From: Chiloscyllium plagiosum
Lineage: Eukaryota
NCBI RefSeq assembly: GCF_004010195.1
Contig: NC_057757.1
Span: 699,759 to 757,462, forward strand
Length of the DNA: 57,704 nucleotides
Reading direction: 5' to 3'
The notes below the pieces were generated by a model that saw nothing but the letters and a program-made list of their open reading frames with translations, did no database searches and was not told where the DNA came from. Position 1 is the stretch's first letter, and every line of letters starts with the position of its first letter. Of this stretch, positions 39,500-51,182 are shown in pieces. Made by a program: the position numbers and the translations under genes.

Positions 39500-40065
39500 G
39501 ATCCCTTGGCATCATGGTAGCCCACAAACCCACCAACACACTAAAACAGCAGCTAATGAACTTGGAAGATCCTAGTAAGCAAAACTAATGTAATTTACAA
39601 AATACCTTGTAAGGACTGTAACAAACACTACATTGGACAAACAGACAGAAAACTAGCCACCAAGATACATGAACATTAACTAGCCACAGAACGACATGAC
39701 CCTCTCTCACTACTATCCTTACATACGGACGAGGAAGGACCACACTTCCATCCTCAGACAAGCCGATCAGAGACATGCGCGAGAATTCCTAGAAGCATGG
39801 CATTCCAACCGGAACTCCATCAACAAACATATTGACTTGGATCCCATTTACCACCCTCTGAGAAACAGAACAGGAAATTGCACCACCATAGGAAATGATA
39901 TCACCACAGGAAATGACATCACCAACCCAAGGAAACTCAAACATTAAATAGAAAGCGGGCTACACCACCAGTGCTTCGCCCAGAGGCTCACTGAAGATGT
40001 TACCTGGTATGGTGACGAAACGTCTGAAAATGAATCTTCCAACTCAGCAAGCAAACATACATCCA
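39500..40065 (+). mobile_element. 5'-truncated Penelope-like element (GIY-YIG endonuclease, terminal hammerhead) with 10-bp TSD
   Basis: NVIYKIPCKDCNKHYIGQTDRKLATKIHEH at ~39586-39676 and REFLEAWHS. TSD ATACCTCTCA at 39490-39499 and 40066-40075. Confidence 0.9.
39988..40027 (+). ncRNA. Minimal type I hammerhead ribozyme (PLE-associated), intact core
   Basis: Stem I TCA/TGA; CTGAAGA; stem II GTTACC/GGTGAC with a 6-nt loop; GAAA; palindromic ACGT in place of helix III; GUC cleavage triplet ending at 40024. Confidence 0.75.
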
Positions 40066-40946
40066 ATACCTCTCATTATTTTATAAACCCCTATAAGGTC
40101 GCACATCAGCCTCGGATGCTCCAGGGAGAAAAGTAACTGAATGTAACTGAACTCCTCGGTTCTACAACTCTACCCAACTCTCTTGAAAGGTTGGTGGTTG
40201 AGGGATGACCTTCGGAATGATGCAAAATTAACACCACCCAAGGCCTTACCCTTAATTGTAAAAGTCCTACCATAATAAATAATAATCAGAATAATCTGGT
40301 TTCATTGTGCCTGTCCTTATAACAGATGTCTCATTCCTGCGACCACTCCACCCTCACCAAAGTCTCTGTTTAAAGATATAAAAACGGAAATAGCTGGAAA
40401 AGCTCAGCAGGTCTGGTAGCATCTCTGGAGAGAAATCAGATGTTCTGGGGGAGAGACATCGGACACAAAATTTCTCTCCACAGATGCTGCCAGACCTGTT
40501 CAACGTTTTGCAGCAATTTCTGATGTCCAGCTCTGCAGTTCTTTTGGTTTTCTGTTTCTAGACATGAGAGGTGACCCTATTGAGACGTATAAGATGCCTA
40601 TGGATCTTGACAGGGTAGATAGGGAACGGTTGTTTCCCCTTGCAGGAGATTCGAGGAGCAGAGGGCATCATTGCCCATTTCAGAGAGGGGCTGTTCAGTA
40701 TTCAAGGCTGAGACAGACGGGATTTTAATCAGGACAGGAATCAAGGGTTTTGGGGGGGAAAGGCTGGAAAGTGGAGGATTATCAGATCAGCCACAATCTC
40801 ATTGAAGGACAGGACGGACTGAAATGCATAGCATTGTAAACATGACTACAACTATGGAGTCCAGCAAAGTAGATGCAAAATAATGCACGACCCTACAAGG
40901 GTAATTGGTTCCTATTTTCTGATAGGAAGCTACTCAATCAAGTTGT

Positions 40947-41167
40947 TGGTGGTACGTGTATGGAATGAGCTGCCAGAGGAAGTGGTGGAGGCTGGTACAA
41001 TTGCAACATTTAAGAGGCATCTGGATGGGTATATGAATAGGAAGGGTTTGGAGGGATATGGGCCGGGTGCTGGCAGGTGGGACTAGATTGGGTTGGGATA
41101 TCTGGGTCAGCATGGACGGGTTGGACCGAAGGGTCTGTTTCTGTGCTGTACATCTCTATGACTCTAC
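40947..41167 (+). mobile_element. Young CR1 (HER1-type) 3' fragment
   Basis: VVRVWNELPEEVVEAGTIATFKRHLD, nearly identical to the copy at 55696-55915; tail ctctatgactcta. Confidence 0.9.
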
Positions 41168-41517
41168 ATTATGAATGTGGATATGAATTCTACATTACAT
41201 GATTTGCCAGGCTCAAATGATCAAACTGCATTTCTTACAGCTACTATACTGAGACAGATACAGCAATATCTGGAGGTACGCAACTAAATCCAAACAAACT
41301 TGTAAAATCAAAGTTTTTCTTCCCAAGAGCCCGCTGCAATGTGTAATGCAGGCTGGGACCCAGGGCAGAACAGATGGTTGAAGTAATATATGGAAGATGT
41401 GGGGTCAAACAGACAGAATATAGTGTCTCATGAACAGGTCCAGGATTTTATTTCAAAATAGGAAAAGAACACAGTGATTGGATGATGCATCTAAAACTGA
41501 AAAAATGTGTTTTTTAA

Positions 41518-43135
41518 ATTCATTCACAGGATGAGGGTGTCTGAAAAATCAGCATTTATAGAGGGCAGTTAAGAGAGACATGTATTCATTTGGAGTCACA
41601 TGTAGGCCCAGACCAGGTAAGGATGGTGGTTTCATGTAGGCCCAGATCAGGTAAGGATGGTGGTTTCATGTAGGCCCAGATCAGGTAAGGATGGTGGATT
41701 CATATAGGCCCAGACTAGATAAGGATGGTGGTTTCATGTAGGCCCAGACCAGGTAAGGATGGTGGTTTCATGTAGGCCCAGACCAGGTAAGGATGGTGGT
41801 CTCATGTAGGCCCAGATCAGGTAAGGATGGTGGTTTCATGTAGGCCCAGACCAGGTAAGGTTGGCCGTTTCATGTAGGCCCAGATCAGGTAAGGATGGTG
41901 GTTTCATATAGGCCCAGACTAGATAAGGATGGTGGTTTCATGTAGGCCCAGACCAGGTAAGGATGGCCGTTTGATGTAGGCCCAGACCAGGTAAGGATGG
42001 TGGTTTCATGTAGGCCCAGACCAGGTAAGGATGGTGGTTTCATGTAGGCCCAGATCAGGTAAGGATGGTGGTTTCATGTAGGCCAGACCAGGTAAGGATG
42101 GCCGTTTCATGTAGGCCCAGACCAGGTGAGGATGGTGGTTTCATGTAGGCCCACACCAGGTAAGGATGGCCGTTTCATGTAGGCCCAGATCAGGTAAGGA
42201 TGGTGGTTTCATATAGGCCCAGACGAGATAAGGATGGTGGTTTCATGTAGGCCCAGACCAGGTAAGGATGGTGGTTTCATATAGGCCCAGACCAGGTAAG
42301 GATGGTGGTTTCATGTAGGCCCAGACCAGGTAAGGATGGTGCTTTCATGTAGGCCCAGACCAGGTAAGGATGGTGTTTTCATGTAGGCCAGACCAGGTAA
42401 CGATCGTGGTTTCATGTAGGCCCAGACCAGGTAAGGATGGCTGTTTCATGTAGGCCCAGACCAGGTAACGATGGTGGTTTCATGTAGGCCCAGATCAGGT
42501 AAGGATGGCCGTTTCATGTAGGCCCAGACCAGGTAAGGATGGTGGTTTCATGTAGGCCAGACCAGGTAAGGATGGTGGTTTCATGTAGGTCCAGACCAGG
42601 TAAGGATGGTGGTTTCATGTAGGCCCAGACCAGGTAAGGATGGTGGTTTCATGTAAGCCCAGACCTGGTAATGATGGTTGTTTCATGTAGGCCCAGACCA
42701 GGTAAGGATGGCCGTTTCATGTAGGCCCAGACCAGGTAAGGATGGTGGTTTCATGTAGGCCCACACCAGGTAAGGATGGTGGTTTCATGTAGGCCCAGAC
42801 CAGGAAAGATGGTGGTTTCATGTATGCCCAGACCAGGTAAGGATGGTGGTTTCATGTAGGCCCAGATCAGGTAAGGATGGTGGTTTCATGTAAGCCCAGA
42901 CCAGGAAGGATGGTGGTTTCATGTAGGCCCAGACCAGGTAAGGATGGTGGTTTCATGTAGGCCAGACCAGGTAAGGATGGTGGTTTCATGTAGGCCCAGA
43001 CCAGGTAAGGATGGTGGTTTCATCCAGGTAAGGATGGTGGTTTCATTCCCTGAAGGACGTTAGTGAACTTGACAGGGTTTTCTGACAATTGGCAATGGAT
43101 GCATGGTCATCATTAGACTTTTAATTCAAGGTTTT
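41518..43135 (-). mobile_element. SINE family 2 copy containing an internal tandem expansion
   Basis: SINE tail before the array (ttcattcacaggatgaggg..gagggcagttaagag), with the SINE body resuming after it (ccctgaaggacgttagtgaac). Confidence 0.85.
41599..43045. repeat. Minisatellite, 34-bp unit, ~42 copies
   Basis: Consensus CATGTAGGCCCAGACCAGGTAAGGATGGTGGTTT. Confidence 0.97.
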
Positions 43136-43158
43136 AAATACTTTAGTGAGGCAATATG

Positions 43159-43490
43159 GAGGTGATGACCTAGTGGTATTATCATTGGGCTATTATTCCA
43201 GTGACTTCCCTAAGGTTCTGGGAACTCTGTTTCAATTCCTACCAGAGCAGGGAGTGAAATTCAAATTCAATACAAATCTGGAGTTAAGAATCTAATGGTG
43301 ACCATGAGTCCATTGTTGATTGTCAGAAAACCCCATCTTGTTCACTAATTCCCATTGTGGTAGGAAACTGCCATCTTTATCCAGCCTGGATTACATGTGA
43401 CTCCAGACCCACAGCAACGTGGTTGACTCTTACCCACCCTCTGGGCAATAAATGCTGGTCGAGCCAGCAATACCCTCGTCCCGTGAATGA
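43159..43490 (+). mobile_element. SINE family 2, full-length copy (a minus-strand head fragment follows at 43505-43682)
   Basis: gaggtgatgacctagtggtattatc head, conserved body, and gggcaataaatgctgg tail. Confidence 0.8.
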
Positions 43491-44090
43491 ATTTTTATTT
43501 TAAAAAATTCAAATTCACCACCTGCCACAGCAGGATTTGAACCTGGGTTCCCCAGAACATTAACTGAATTGAATTTATTGTCACGTGTACCGAGGCACAG
43601 TGAAAAGTTTTGTCTTGTGAGCAATACAGGCAGATCTGGATTAACAGTCCAGCAATTATACCACTAGGTCATCATCTCCCCTGTGAGCATGTGGTGGATA
43701 TAACAATTCTTCTGGTGGCAGGACCAAGACAGCAGCATGATCTCCATCATGGGGAAGGTTAAGGAAAGCGCTCCTGAATCCAGTCCTGTGTTGTTAACAT
43801 CGATCTGACGCGCGCTGGCGGTCCAGGCAATTTAACTGACTAAATCAAAATGGTAGGTGTTTTTGTGCACGCTGCATTCTGGACACATAGGCAGTGATGG
43901 TCAAGACTAAGATTTCAATCCACTGTGAATCTCTCCCAATTTTTCCAGACTGCGGCAGACTGTTAATCTGCCTGTTTGGCTGCGTTAACAACGCACCGTC
44001 TTTATATTTCAAAAATATGCTTTATTCACACAAAAAAAAATCTTTGTCTACATACATGGTCAGAAATGCAGTTTGGTTCTGTACATTAGC

Positions 44091-44390
44091 ACTGGTTAGC
44101 ACTGCTGCCTCACAGCGCCAGAAACCCGGGTTCAATTCCCACCTCAGGCGACTGACTGTGTGGAGTTTGCACATTCTCCCCGTGTCTGCGTGGGTTTCCT
44201 CCGGGTGCTCCGGTTTCCTCCCACAGTCCAAAGATGTGCAGGTTAGGTGAATTGGCCATGCTAAATTGTCCGTAGTGTTAGGTAAGGGGTAAATGTAGGG
44301 GTATGGGTGGGTTGCGCTTCGGCGGGTCGGTGTGGACTTGTTGGGCCGAAGGGCCTGTTTCCACACTGTAAGTAATCTAATCTAATCTAA
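44091..44390 (+). mobile_element. HE1/V-SINE, young near-full-length copy
   Basis: B box GGGTTCAATTCCC, V-domain and (TAATC)n tail; possible ATTAGC TSD (44085-44090 / 44390-44395). Confidence 0.92.
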
Positions 44391-44399
44391 TTAGCGTAT

Positions 44400-44765
44400 C
44401 AAGAAAACAAACAAACCTTGGAGTTTGACTCTATCGAAACAAACCAAAGACATCTCTGGGGTGAACCAGATTATATTTCCATGCACTGAAGCAAGAGGAC
44501 CTCAGACGGTGGTCTTTCCCCACTGCACTTTGGCAGCAGCTGCCCCAGGCCTAAGTGCATCCCTCAGCACGTAGTCCTGGACCCTGGAATGTGCAACACT
44601 CGGTCAGGGTCAGCTCCTTGCTCTGGAAGACCAACAGGTTTCCGGCAGGACCAAAGAACAGCTTTCACCAAGTTGAGATTTCTCCAGATGCAGTCGATGT
44701 CTGTCTCAGTGTGCGTCCTGGGGAACAGACGGTACGGCGCAGAGTCTCGGAGCTGCCCAGGATGA
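44400..44765 (-). mobile_element. Tx1-like LINE ORF2 C-terminal fragment
   Basis: The minus strand reads LFPRTHTETDIDCIWRNLNLVKAVLW..LLVFQSKELTLTEC..HSRVQDYVLRDAL..AAAAKVQW. Confidence 0.6.
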
Positions 44766-45954
44766 ACCCCGTCAAGAACCTTCGCTAACAAGTCCTGGAG
44801 TGGGTCTCGAATTCAGGGCTCCTAGCGCAGAGTTAGGGATTCTACCACTGCCTCACAAGACTTCCTTAAATTTCAGGTAATCCCAGATACATCCAATGGG
44901 GAGAGAGTAAGGAGAACTTAGATCTCGCTCCCATGGGGAGCGGCCAAAGTGAATACTGTTGATACAATTCCAGAGGAAGTTGGATAGACACACAAGGGAG
45001 AAAGGAACAGGAGGAATGTTTTGATAGGACGAGATGAAGGAGGGGTGGGAGGAGGGTTGTGCATGGTGAAGAAACACCAGGCCTGTGGGTCTGTGCTGTA
45101 TTACACAAAACCTCAGGGAATAAAACTTGTCTGGGTTACAATTAGACCGAGTAAAGTGATAGGTCCCACTGTATCATAATACTCTAGTCATTGTGTTCTG
45201 TGACTTCTGAAATCAGGAACCACTTCAATTACCACGAGTAACATTATTCAAGGAGTCATTTGCCACTCAGCCATTCTTCTGGCCACGAGTTGACCTTGTG
45301 ATGCCAGACACCAGGGAAACCAGGTTACCATAAATAGAACCTGCTCCTGCGAAACTCAGACGACAATTTGCAAAGGTGACCTCAGGGTAACACTAGACAC
45401 TGAAAAATATCTGCCAGTGTTACACACACACACACACACACACTCCACCAAAACACGTGATAACATGACACAGCTCATACCTGATCAACCAAATCACTGC
45501 AGACGTGTGGATGTGGAGCGAGAGTCTGTTCAGCCCATCCAATTCCGCCATTCAATTACATCTGTACCTCAATCTCTCGCGCTTGTCTATTTCAATTCAA
45601 AAGGGACTAGTTTGATTTCTGTTATGCTTTTCATGGACACAGATCTTCCAAAAACATTTCTCGCCCAATGAAGTAGGTTTTTGAAGTGTGGTTGGAGGAA
45701 TCTCAGCAGCCATTCAGTGCAAAGCAAGATGTGTAGATTAGGTACATTAGTTAGGGGTAACTATAGGATAGGGGAATGGGTCTGGGTGGGTTACTCTTCA
45801 GAGGGCTGGTCTAAACTTGTTGGGCTGAAGGGCCTGTTTCCACACTGTAGAGATTCTAGGATTCTATGACAAAAAGCAGATAGTAAGTTTGTGTTTGTTG
45901 GTGGGAGACAGGCATGTTTGCCAGGACATTTCTTGAAAGATTGCTATGGAATCC

Positions 45955-46276
45955 TTACAGTGCAGATAGAGACCAGTCAGCCCATCGAGTCCACACTGAC
46001 CCTCCGAAAAGCATCTGAGCCAGACCCATCCCCCTACCCTCATCCCTGTAGTCCTGCATTTCCCATGGCCAACTCACCAAGCCTGTACATCCCTGGACAC
46101 TACGGGACAATTTAGCACGGCCAATCCATACTAACCTGTACATCTTTGGAATGTGGGAGGAAACCCACACAGACACGGGGAAAATGTGCAAACTCTACAC
46201 AGTCACCCGAGGCTGGAATCGAACCCGGATCCTTGGCACTGTGAGGCAGCAGCGCTAACCACTGAGTCACTGTGCC
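45955..46276 (-). mobile_element. HE1/V-SINE copy
   Basis: Head ggcacagtgactcagtggttagc, B box gggttcgattcc, and V-domain. Confidence 0.85.
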
Positions 46277-46794
46277 CGTGAGGCAGGGTTGCCAACTCTG
46301 TCGGAGTGCCTGGGCACCTTTGAAAAGCAACGCAGTGAATTATAAAATGCAAAAGGGTTACGCTTGCGATGGGTGGGGCGGGATTTAGAAAGTCTTCAGT
46401 CTGTGAGCCGAGGTCATATACGACCAGTGGGCCTTAATGCCACAGCCACAGGGAGAGAGCCAGGCTCCCCTCACCCCTACTGAGGGGAGAGAGGGAGGGA
46501 TGGACAGTTCAGAGACCCTGTTTCACCACAGACTCTGGGATCTGCAGACAGAGTTAGGGTGGAACATGTGGCTCTGCTGGTTTGTATTGGAAGGGTGGCT
46601 GTGAGATTAAACCAGCCACACAACGCTGCCACTTCAGACACAGGACAGCTTAATGTAATTCCAATGGAGACCAGCCACACAGACAGAGCTTTCTGGATCC
46701 AAGCTGGGATCCTCTGCTGATTGAATTATTTACACCATGGAACCCAGAGGGCTGTCCTCACACTGTTCATAAACACTTTATCTCACACGGGGAG

Positions 46795-47120
46795 GTGGTG
46801 GTGAATTTGTTACTGGACCAGTAACCCAGACAGACCACGTTTGATGGAAGATGAAACACAAATTCACTAAAAATCTGGAATTACAAGTCTATTGGTGATC
46901 ACAGAACCACTGTTCAATTGTTGTAAAAGTCTAGCCGCTTCACTGATGTCCTTGAGGGAAGGCAATCTGCTGCTTTTATCTGGTGTGTCCTACATGTGAC
47001 TCCAGACTCACAGCCAATAACTGCCCTTGGAATTGGCCCCAGCAAGTCACTCAGTCTGAGGGCAATTGGGCAACAAATACTGGCATTGCCAAGTGATACC
47101 CACCTCACACAAATGAATAA
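46795..47120 (+). mobile_element. SINE family 2 copy
   Basis: aaatctggaatt..cactgatgtcc..cctacatgtgactccagac..gggcaacaaatactgg. Confidence 0.7.
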
Positions 47121-47307
47121 TTTAAAAAGATAAGTTGCCATCATTGCCAAATTTGCCACACCAGCAACCCAGTCAGTACAGTGCACCGATACAGTATCTG
47201 CTTCCTCCTAATTTTGTGGATGTTGCACACGACTCACGTTGGAATTAAACATCCAGGGCATCCAAGGTGGTTCCTGGAACAGGGTCTGGGGGAAGACACA
47301 TGATTTG

Positions 47308-47640
47308 GGGTGGCACAGTGGTTAGCTCACTGCTGCCTCACAACACCAGGGACCCAGGTTCAATTCCAGCCTCGGGCGACTGCCTGTGTCTGTGTGGGGT
47401 TTGCACGTTCTGCCCCTCCGCGGGTATGTGGGTTCCCTCTGGGTGCTCCGGTTTCCTCCCACAATCCAGATGTGTGCAGGTCCGGGTGGATTGGCCATCC
47501 TAAATTGCCCATCGTGTTCAGGGACGTATAGGGTAAGTGGGTTAGCTGTGGGAAGTGCAGGGTTACAGGGTAAGGGGGTGGGTCTGTGCGTGTTGCTGTT
47601 TGAAGGGTCGGTGTGGACTCAATGGGCTGAGTGGTCAGGT
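47308..47640 (+). mobile_element. HE1/V-SINE copy
   Basis: gggtggcacagtggttagc head, GGTTCAATTCC, and V-domain gggtgctccggtttcctcccaca. Confidence 0.85.
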
Positions 47641-47806
47641 TTCTCACCTTAACTTCCTCAAACACCCCCAGGACTGACTGACACCTACCACCCCAACAGG
47701 AAAATGAGTAGCTTTTCAATTAGCCTCTCAAATCTCATCGCTGTAGATGATTCCATGAGAAGTCAACTTGTACTGTTGCAATGCCCTTCCCCACAATGAT
47801 CTCCAT

Positions 47807-47823
47807 CTGCCACCTGCTGGCCA
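47807..47823 (-). promoter_or_regulatory. Candidate CTCF binding site
   Basis: The minus strand reads TGGCCAGCAGGTGGCAG, matching the CTCF core consensus; motif match only. Confidence 0.45.
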
Positions 47824-48847
47824 TTCAATACCAATACAGGCCGACTCCAAATCTCGAGTCTACACCCACAGTCCCCCGGGGTATGTTACATACAGCAAGT
47901 CTACTCCATGAGCAGATTTTCTTTTCTTCATTCGCAGGAAGAGACCGGCACTGACTGGGGCAGCATTTGCACATCGCTAATTGCCCAGAGGGCAGTTAAG
48001 AGTCAACCACATTGACTCTGGGTCTGCAGCCACATGTAGGCCAGACCAGGTAAGGCNNNNNNNNNNNNNNNNNNNNNNNNNNNNNNNNNNNNNNNNNNNN
48101 NNNNNNNNNNNNNNNNNNNNNNNNNNNNNNNNNNNNNNNNNNNNNNNNNNNNNNNNNNNNNNNNNNNNNNNNNNNNNNNNNNNNNNNNNNNNNNNNNNNN
48201 NNNNNNNNNNNNNNNNNNNNNNNNNNNNNNNNNNNNNNNNNNNNNNNNNNNNNNNNNNNNNNNNNNNNNNNNNNNNNNNNNNNNNNNNNNNNNNNNNNNN
48301 NNNNNNNNNNNNNNNNNNNNNNNNNNNNNNNNNNNNNNNNNNNNNNNNNNNNNNNNNNNNNNNNNNNNNNNNNNNNNNNNNNNNNNNNNNNNNNNNNNNN
48401 NNNNNNNNNNNNNNNNNNNNNNNNNNNNNNNNNNNNNNNNNNNNNNNNNNNNNNNNNNNNNNNNNNNNNNNNNNNNNNNNNNNNNNNNNNNNNNNNNNNN
48501 NNNNNNNNNNNNNNNNNNNNNNNNNNNNNNNNNNNNNNNNNNNNNNNNNNNNNNNNNNNNNNNNNNNNNNNNNNNNNNNNNNNNNNNNNNNNNNNNNNNN
48601 NNNNNNNNNNNNNNNNNNNNNNNNNNNNNNNNNNNNNNNNNNNNNNNNNNNNNNNNNNNNNNNNNNNNNNNNNNNNNNNNNNNNNNNNNNNNNNNNNNNN
48701 NNNNNNNNNNNNNNNNNNNNNNNNNNNNNNNNNNNNNNNNNNNNNNNNNNNNNNNNNNNNNNNNNNNNNNNNNNNNNNNNNNNNNNNNNNNNNNNNNNNN
48801 NNNNNNNNNNNNNNNNNNNNNNNNNNNNNNNNNNNNNNNNNNNNNNN

Positions 48848-49005
48848 GTGAGAATGTGAATGTGTGTGTGTGCAAATGTGTGTGTGCGCGAGTGAGAATG
48901 TGTATGTGAGTGTGAGAATGTGTGTAAGTGAGAATGTGAATGTGTGTGTGTGAAAATGCGTATGTGCGTGCGTGTGTTTGTGTGAATGTGTGAGAGAGTG
49001 TATTT
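48848..49005. repeat. GT-rich microsatellite/low-complexity repeat
   Basis: (GT)n interleaved with GTGAGAAT units next to a gap. Confidence 0.9.
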
Positions 49006-49257
49006 GCAGATGTAGTCCTGGTCCCAGCTTCATGGTGAACTTCAGGTGGTGAGTTTATAACATAGCCAAACAGACAAGACCATCAACTCGATGACACGTA
49101 GCAGCGTGAACAGGAATGTCTCCTGGTCAGTCCTGTGATAAGAGTATAGTTCCCTTCAAGCTGCAGACTTGATTGGCTCATCCCCCATTCCAGGAAAATT
49201 CACTACCCAAACAGACGAGGAGGTGCTTTCGACATCTCCTGCCTTGTGGGGAAGTCT

Positions 49258-49822
49258 CCTGGAGTGCAGGTTCATGGTTCCATGAAAGTGGAGTTGCAGG
49301 TAGATAGGATAGTGAAGGCGGCATTTGGTATGCTTTCCGTTATTGGTCAGTGCACAGAGTACAGGAGTTGGGAGGTCATGTTGCAGCTCTACAGGACATT
49401 GGTGAAGCCACTTTAGGAATACCGAGTTCAGTTCTGGTCTCCCTGCTAGAAGAATGATGTTGTGAAACTTGAAAGGATGCAGAAAAGATTTACCAGGATG
49501 TGGGGTTTAAGCTATGGGAGAGGCAGAACAGGCTGGGGCTGTTTTCCCTGGAGCACCGGAGCCTGATGGGTGACCTTATAGAGGTTTATAAAATGATGAG
49601 GAGAATGGATAGGATGTATGGAATGAGCTGCCAGAGGAAATGGTGGAGGCTGGTACAATTACAGCATTTAAAAGGCATCTGGATGGGTAGATGAATAGGA
49701 ACAGTTTGGAGGGATATGGGCGAAATGCTGGCACATGGGACTAGATTAATTTAGGCTATCTGGTCAGCATGGACGAGTTGAACGGAAGGGTCTATTTCTA
49801 TGCTGTACATCTCTATGACTCC
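49258..49822 (+). mobile_element. CR1 LINE 3' fragment (internally deleted)
   Basis: CR1 ORF2 C-terminal motifs (QFWSP, LERMQKRFTRM, NRLGLFSLE) and a ctctatgact tail. Confidence 0.85.
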
Positions 49823-50474
49823 ATTTTGAATCTTGCTAGAAACTGACACATAGTAATTTATATTGGAGGGAAACTCATTTCCCATACACCAGAAATTGTT
49901 GTGATGGTTTGAATTTGGGAATCTTGTGTTTGTCCTGATGAACGCAAAATGGAAGGCTTCGCTGAGACGATCCACTATTCAGTGATAACTTCTCAACCAT
50001 GAGAACTAGAAGCAGGATTAGGCATTCAGTCACTTCACACGACCGCGGCTCCACTTATCTCTGCTTCAACTCCACTTTCCTACCCGCAATCTGTAACCCT
50101 TCAACCCCTCACTCATTAAAACTCTATCTCCTCCTTAAGATGACTCAATGTCCGTGTGCCCACTCTGGGGTAATGGATTCCACAGATGCACGACTGTGTG
50201 AGAGAACGGTGCTCACCTGTTTTAAATCTACGCCTTATCCTAATCCTATCACCTCCTCTTAGCCCTGGATTGAGGGACCCGTGTTGAAGGTCCCACCTGC
50301 TCTAGAGGTGTATAATAACATTTCTGAACAGGTTGATTAGGAAAACAGGTGAAATGAAAAAAAAAACCTATTACCTCTCATTCTCAGTTAGCTCCACACA
50401 AGGGAACATTCTCTCAACGTACCTGTCAATCCCTTTAGAATCTTATATACCGCAAGTAGGTCTCCTCTTGTTCT

Positions 50475-51182
50475 TGTTATGACATGGGTTAACCACCACC
50501 CCCCCCCCCAACTAATTTAAAGCAGCAACATAGAAAGGATTTACCCCGTGCAGTAATTTGTGAAAATTTGAGAGGCCAAGAACTATTTGAAGTAAAAAAT
50601 AACAACTTTATTTCTTAAAGTATAATATAGAAAGGAAAGTAAAAGATAGGTTAGAGGAAGGAGTTGTAAATAGTTGTTAGTTAATTATTCTTTAATACTA
50701 GTCCGATAAAACCCCTGATTAAGATTTACCAGAAATCCAAATTTCAAAACCAGGCAGCTGTCAAATATTTCCTTTGTATTTTCCTCTGTAGAGTTTCTTC
50801 TCCTTTGGGATTTCTGTTTCACAGGTCATTGATAGATAAAGATACCTTTAACAGAGCTGTGTTTCAGGAAGTCTGTACATGCTGGTGGCTTGGCAGCTCT
50901 CCCCTAAACTGCTCAATTTTTCCCAGTCTGAGATCCCAAAGCATTGGATTGTTTATTGGTTTTTAATATTGTCAATATACTAAATTCAAACTTGATTTGA
51001 GGTTGGTATTTTGGGGCATAATTTAAACTGATTGGCCGAATATGAATGTGTTTTTGCCTCTTGGCAATCCAGGTATTGCTAGCTGCTGGACCAAATGTCA
51101 CATTGTAAATTCCCCAGCACTCTGTGCTTGCTAAATCCTTCACTCTCTTAAAGGTACAGTATACTTCTACACCTTCATAACA
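50475..51182 (-). mobile_element. 3' LTR (708 bp) of the gypsy element
   Basis: 8-bp terminal inverted repeats TGTTATGA..TCATAACA, with polypurine tract AAGGGGAGG directly upstream on the minus strand (51183-51191). Confidence 0.88.

Larger units (their letters stand above)
39152..40130 (-). mobile_element. CR1 LINE 3' fragment split by a PLE insertion
   Basis: The CR1 tail (gagtcatagag) is at 39152, and CR1 sequence resumes after 40066. Confidence 0.85.

Noticed and set aside
37267..43045. Regular 32-34 bp repeat arrays resembling CRISPR
   Set aside because: The units are directly adjacent with no unique spacers, there are no cas genes, and the context is eukaryotic. These are minisatellites.
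44091..44145. tRNA-like A/B boxes
   Set aside because: These are heads of HE1/V-SINEs, not tRNA genes; there is no complete cloverleaf.
28885..49033. Long ORFs at 28885-29740 and 47981-49033
   Set aside because: They are artefacts of N runs translated as X.
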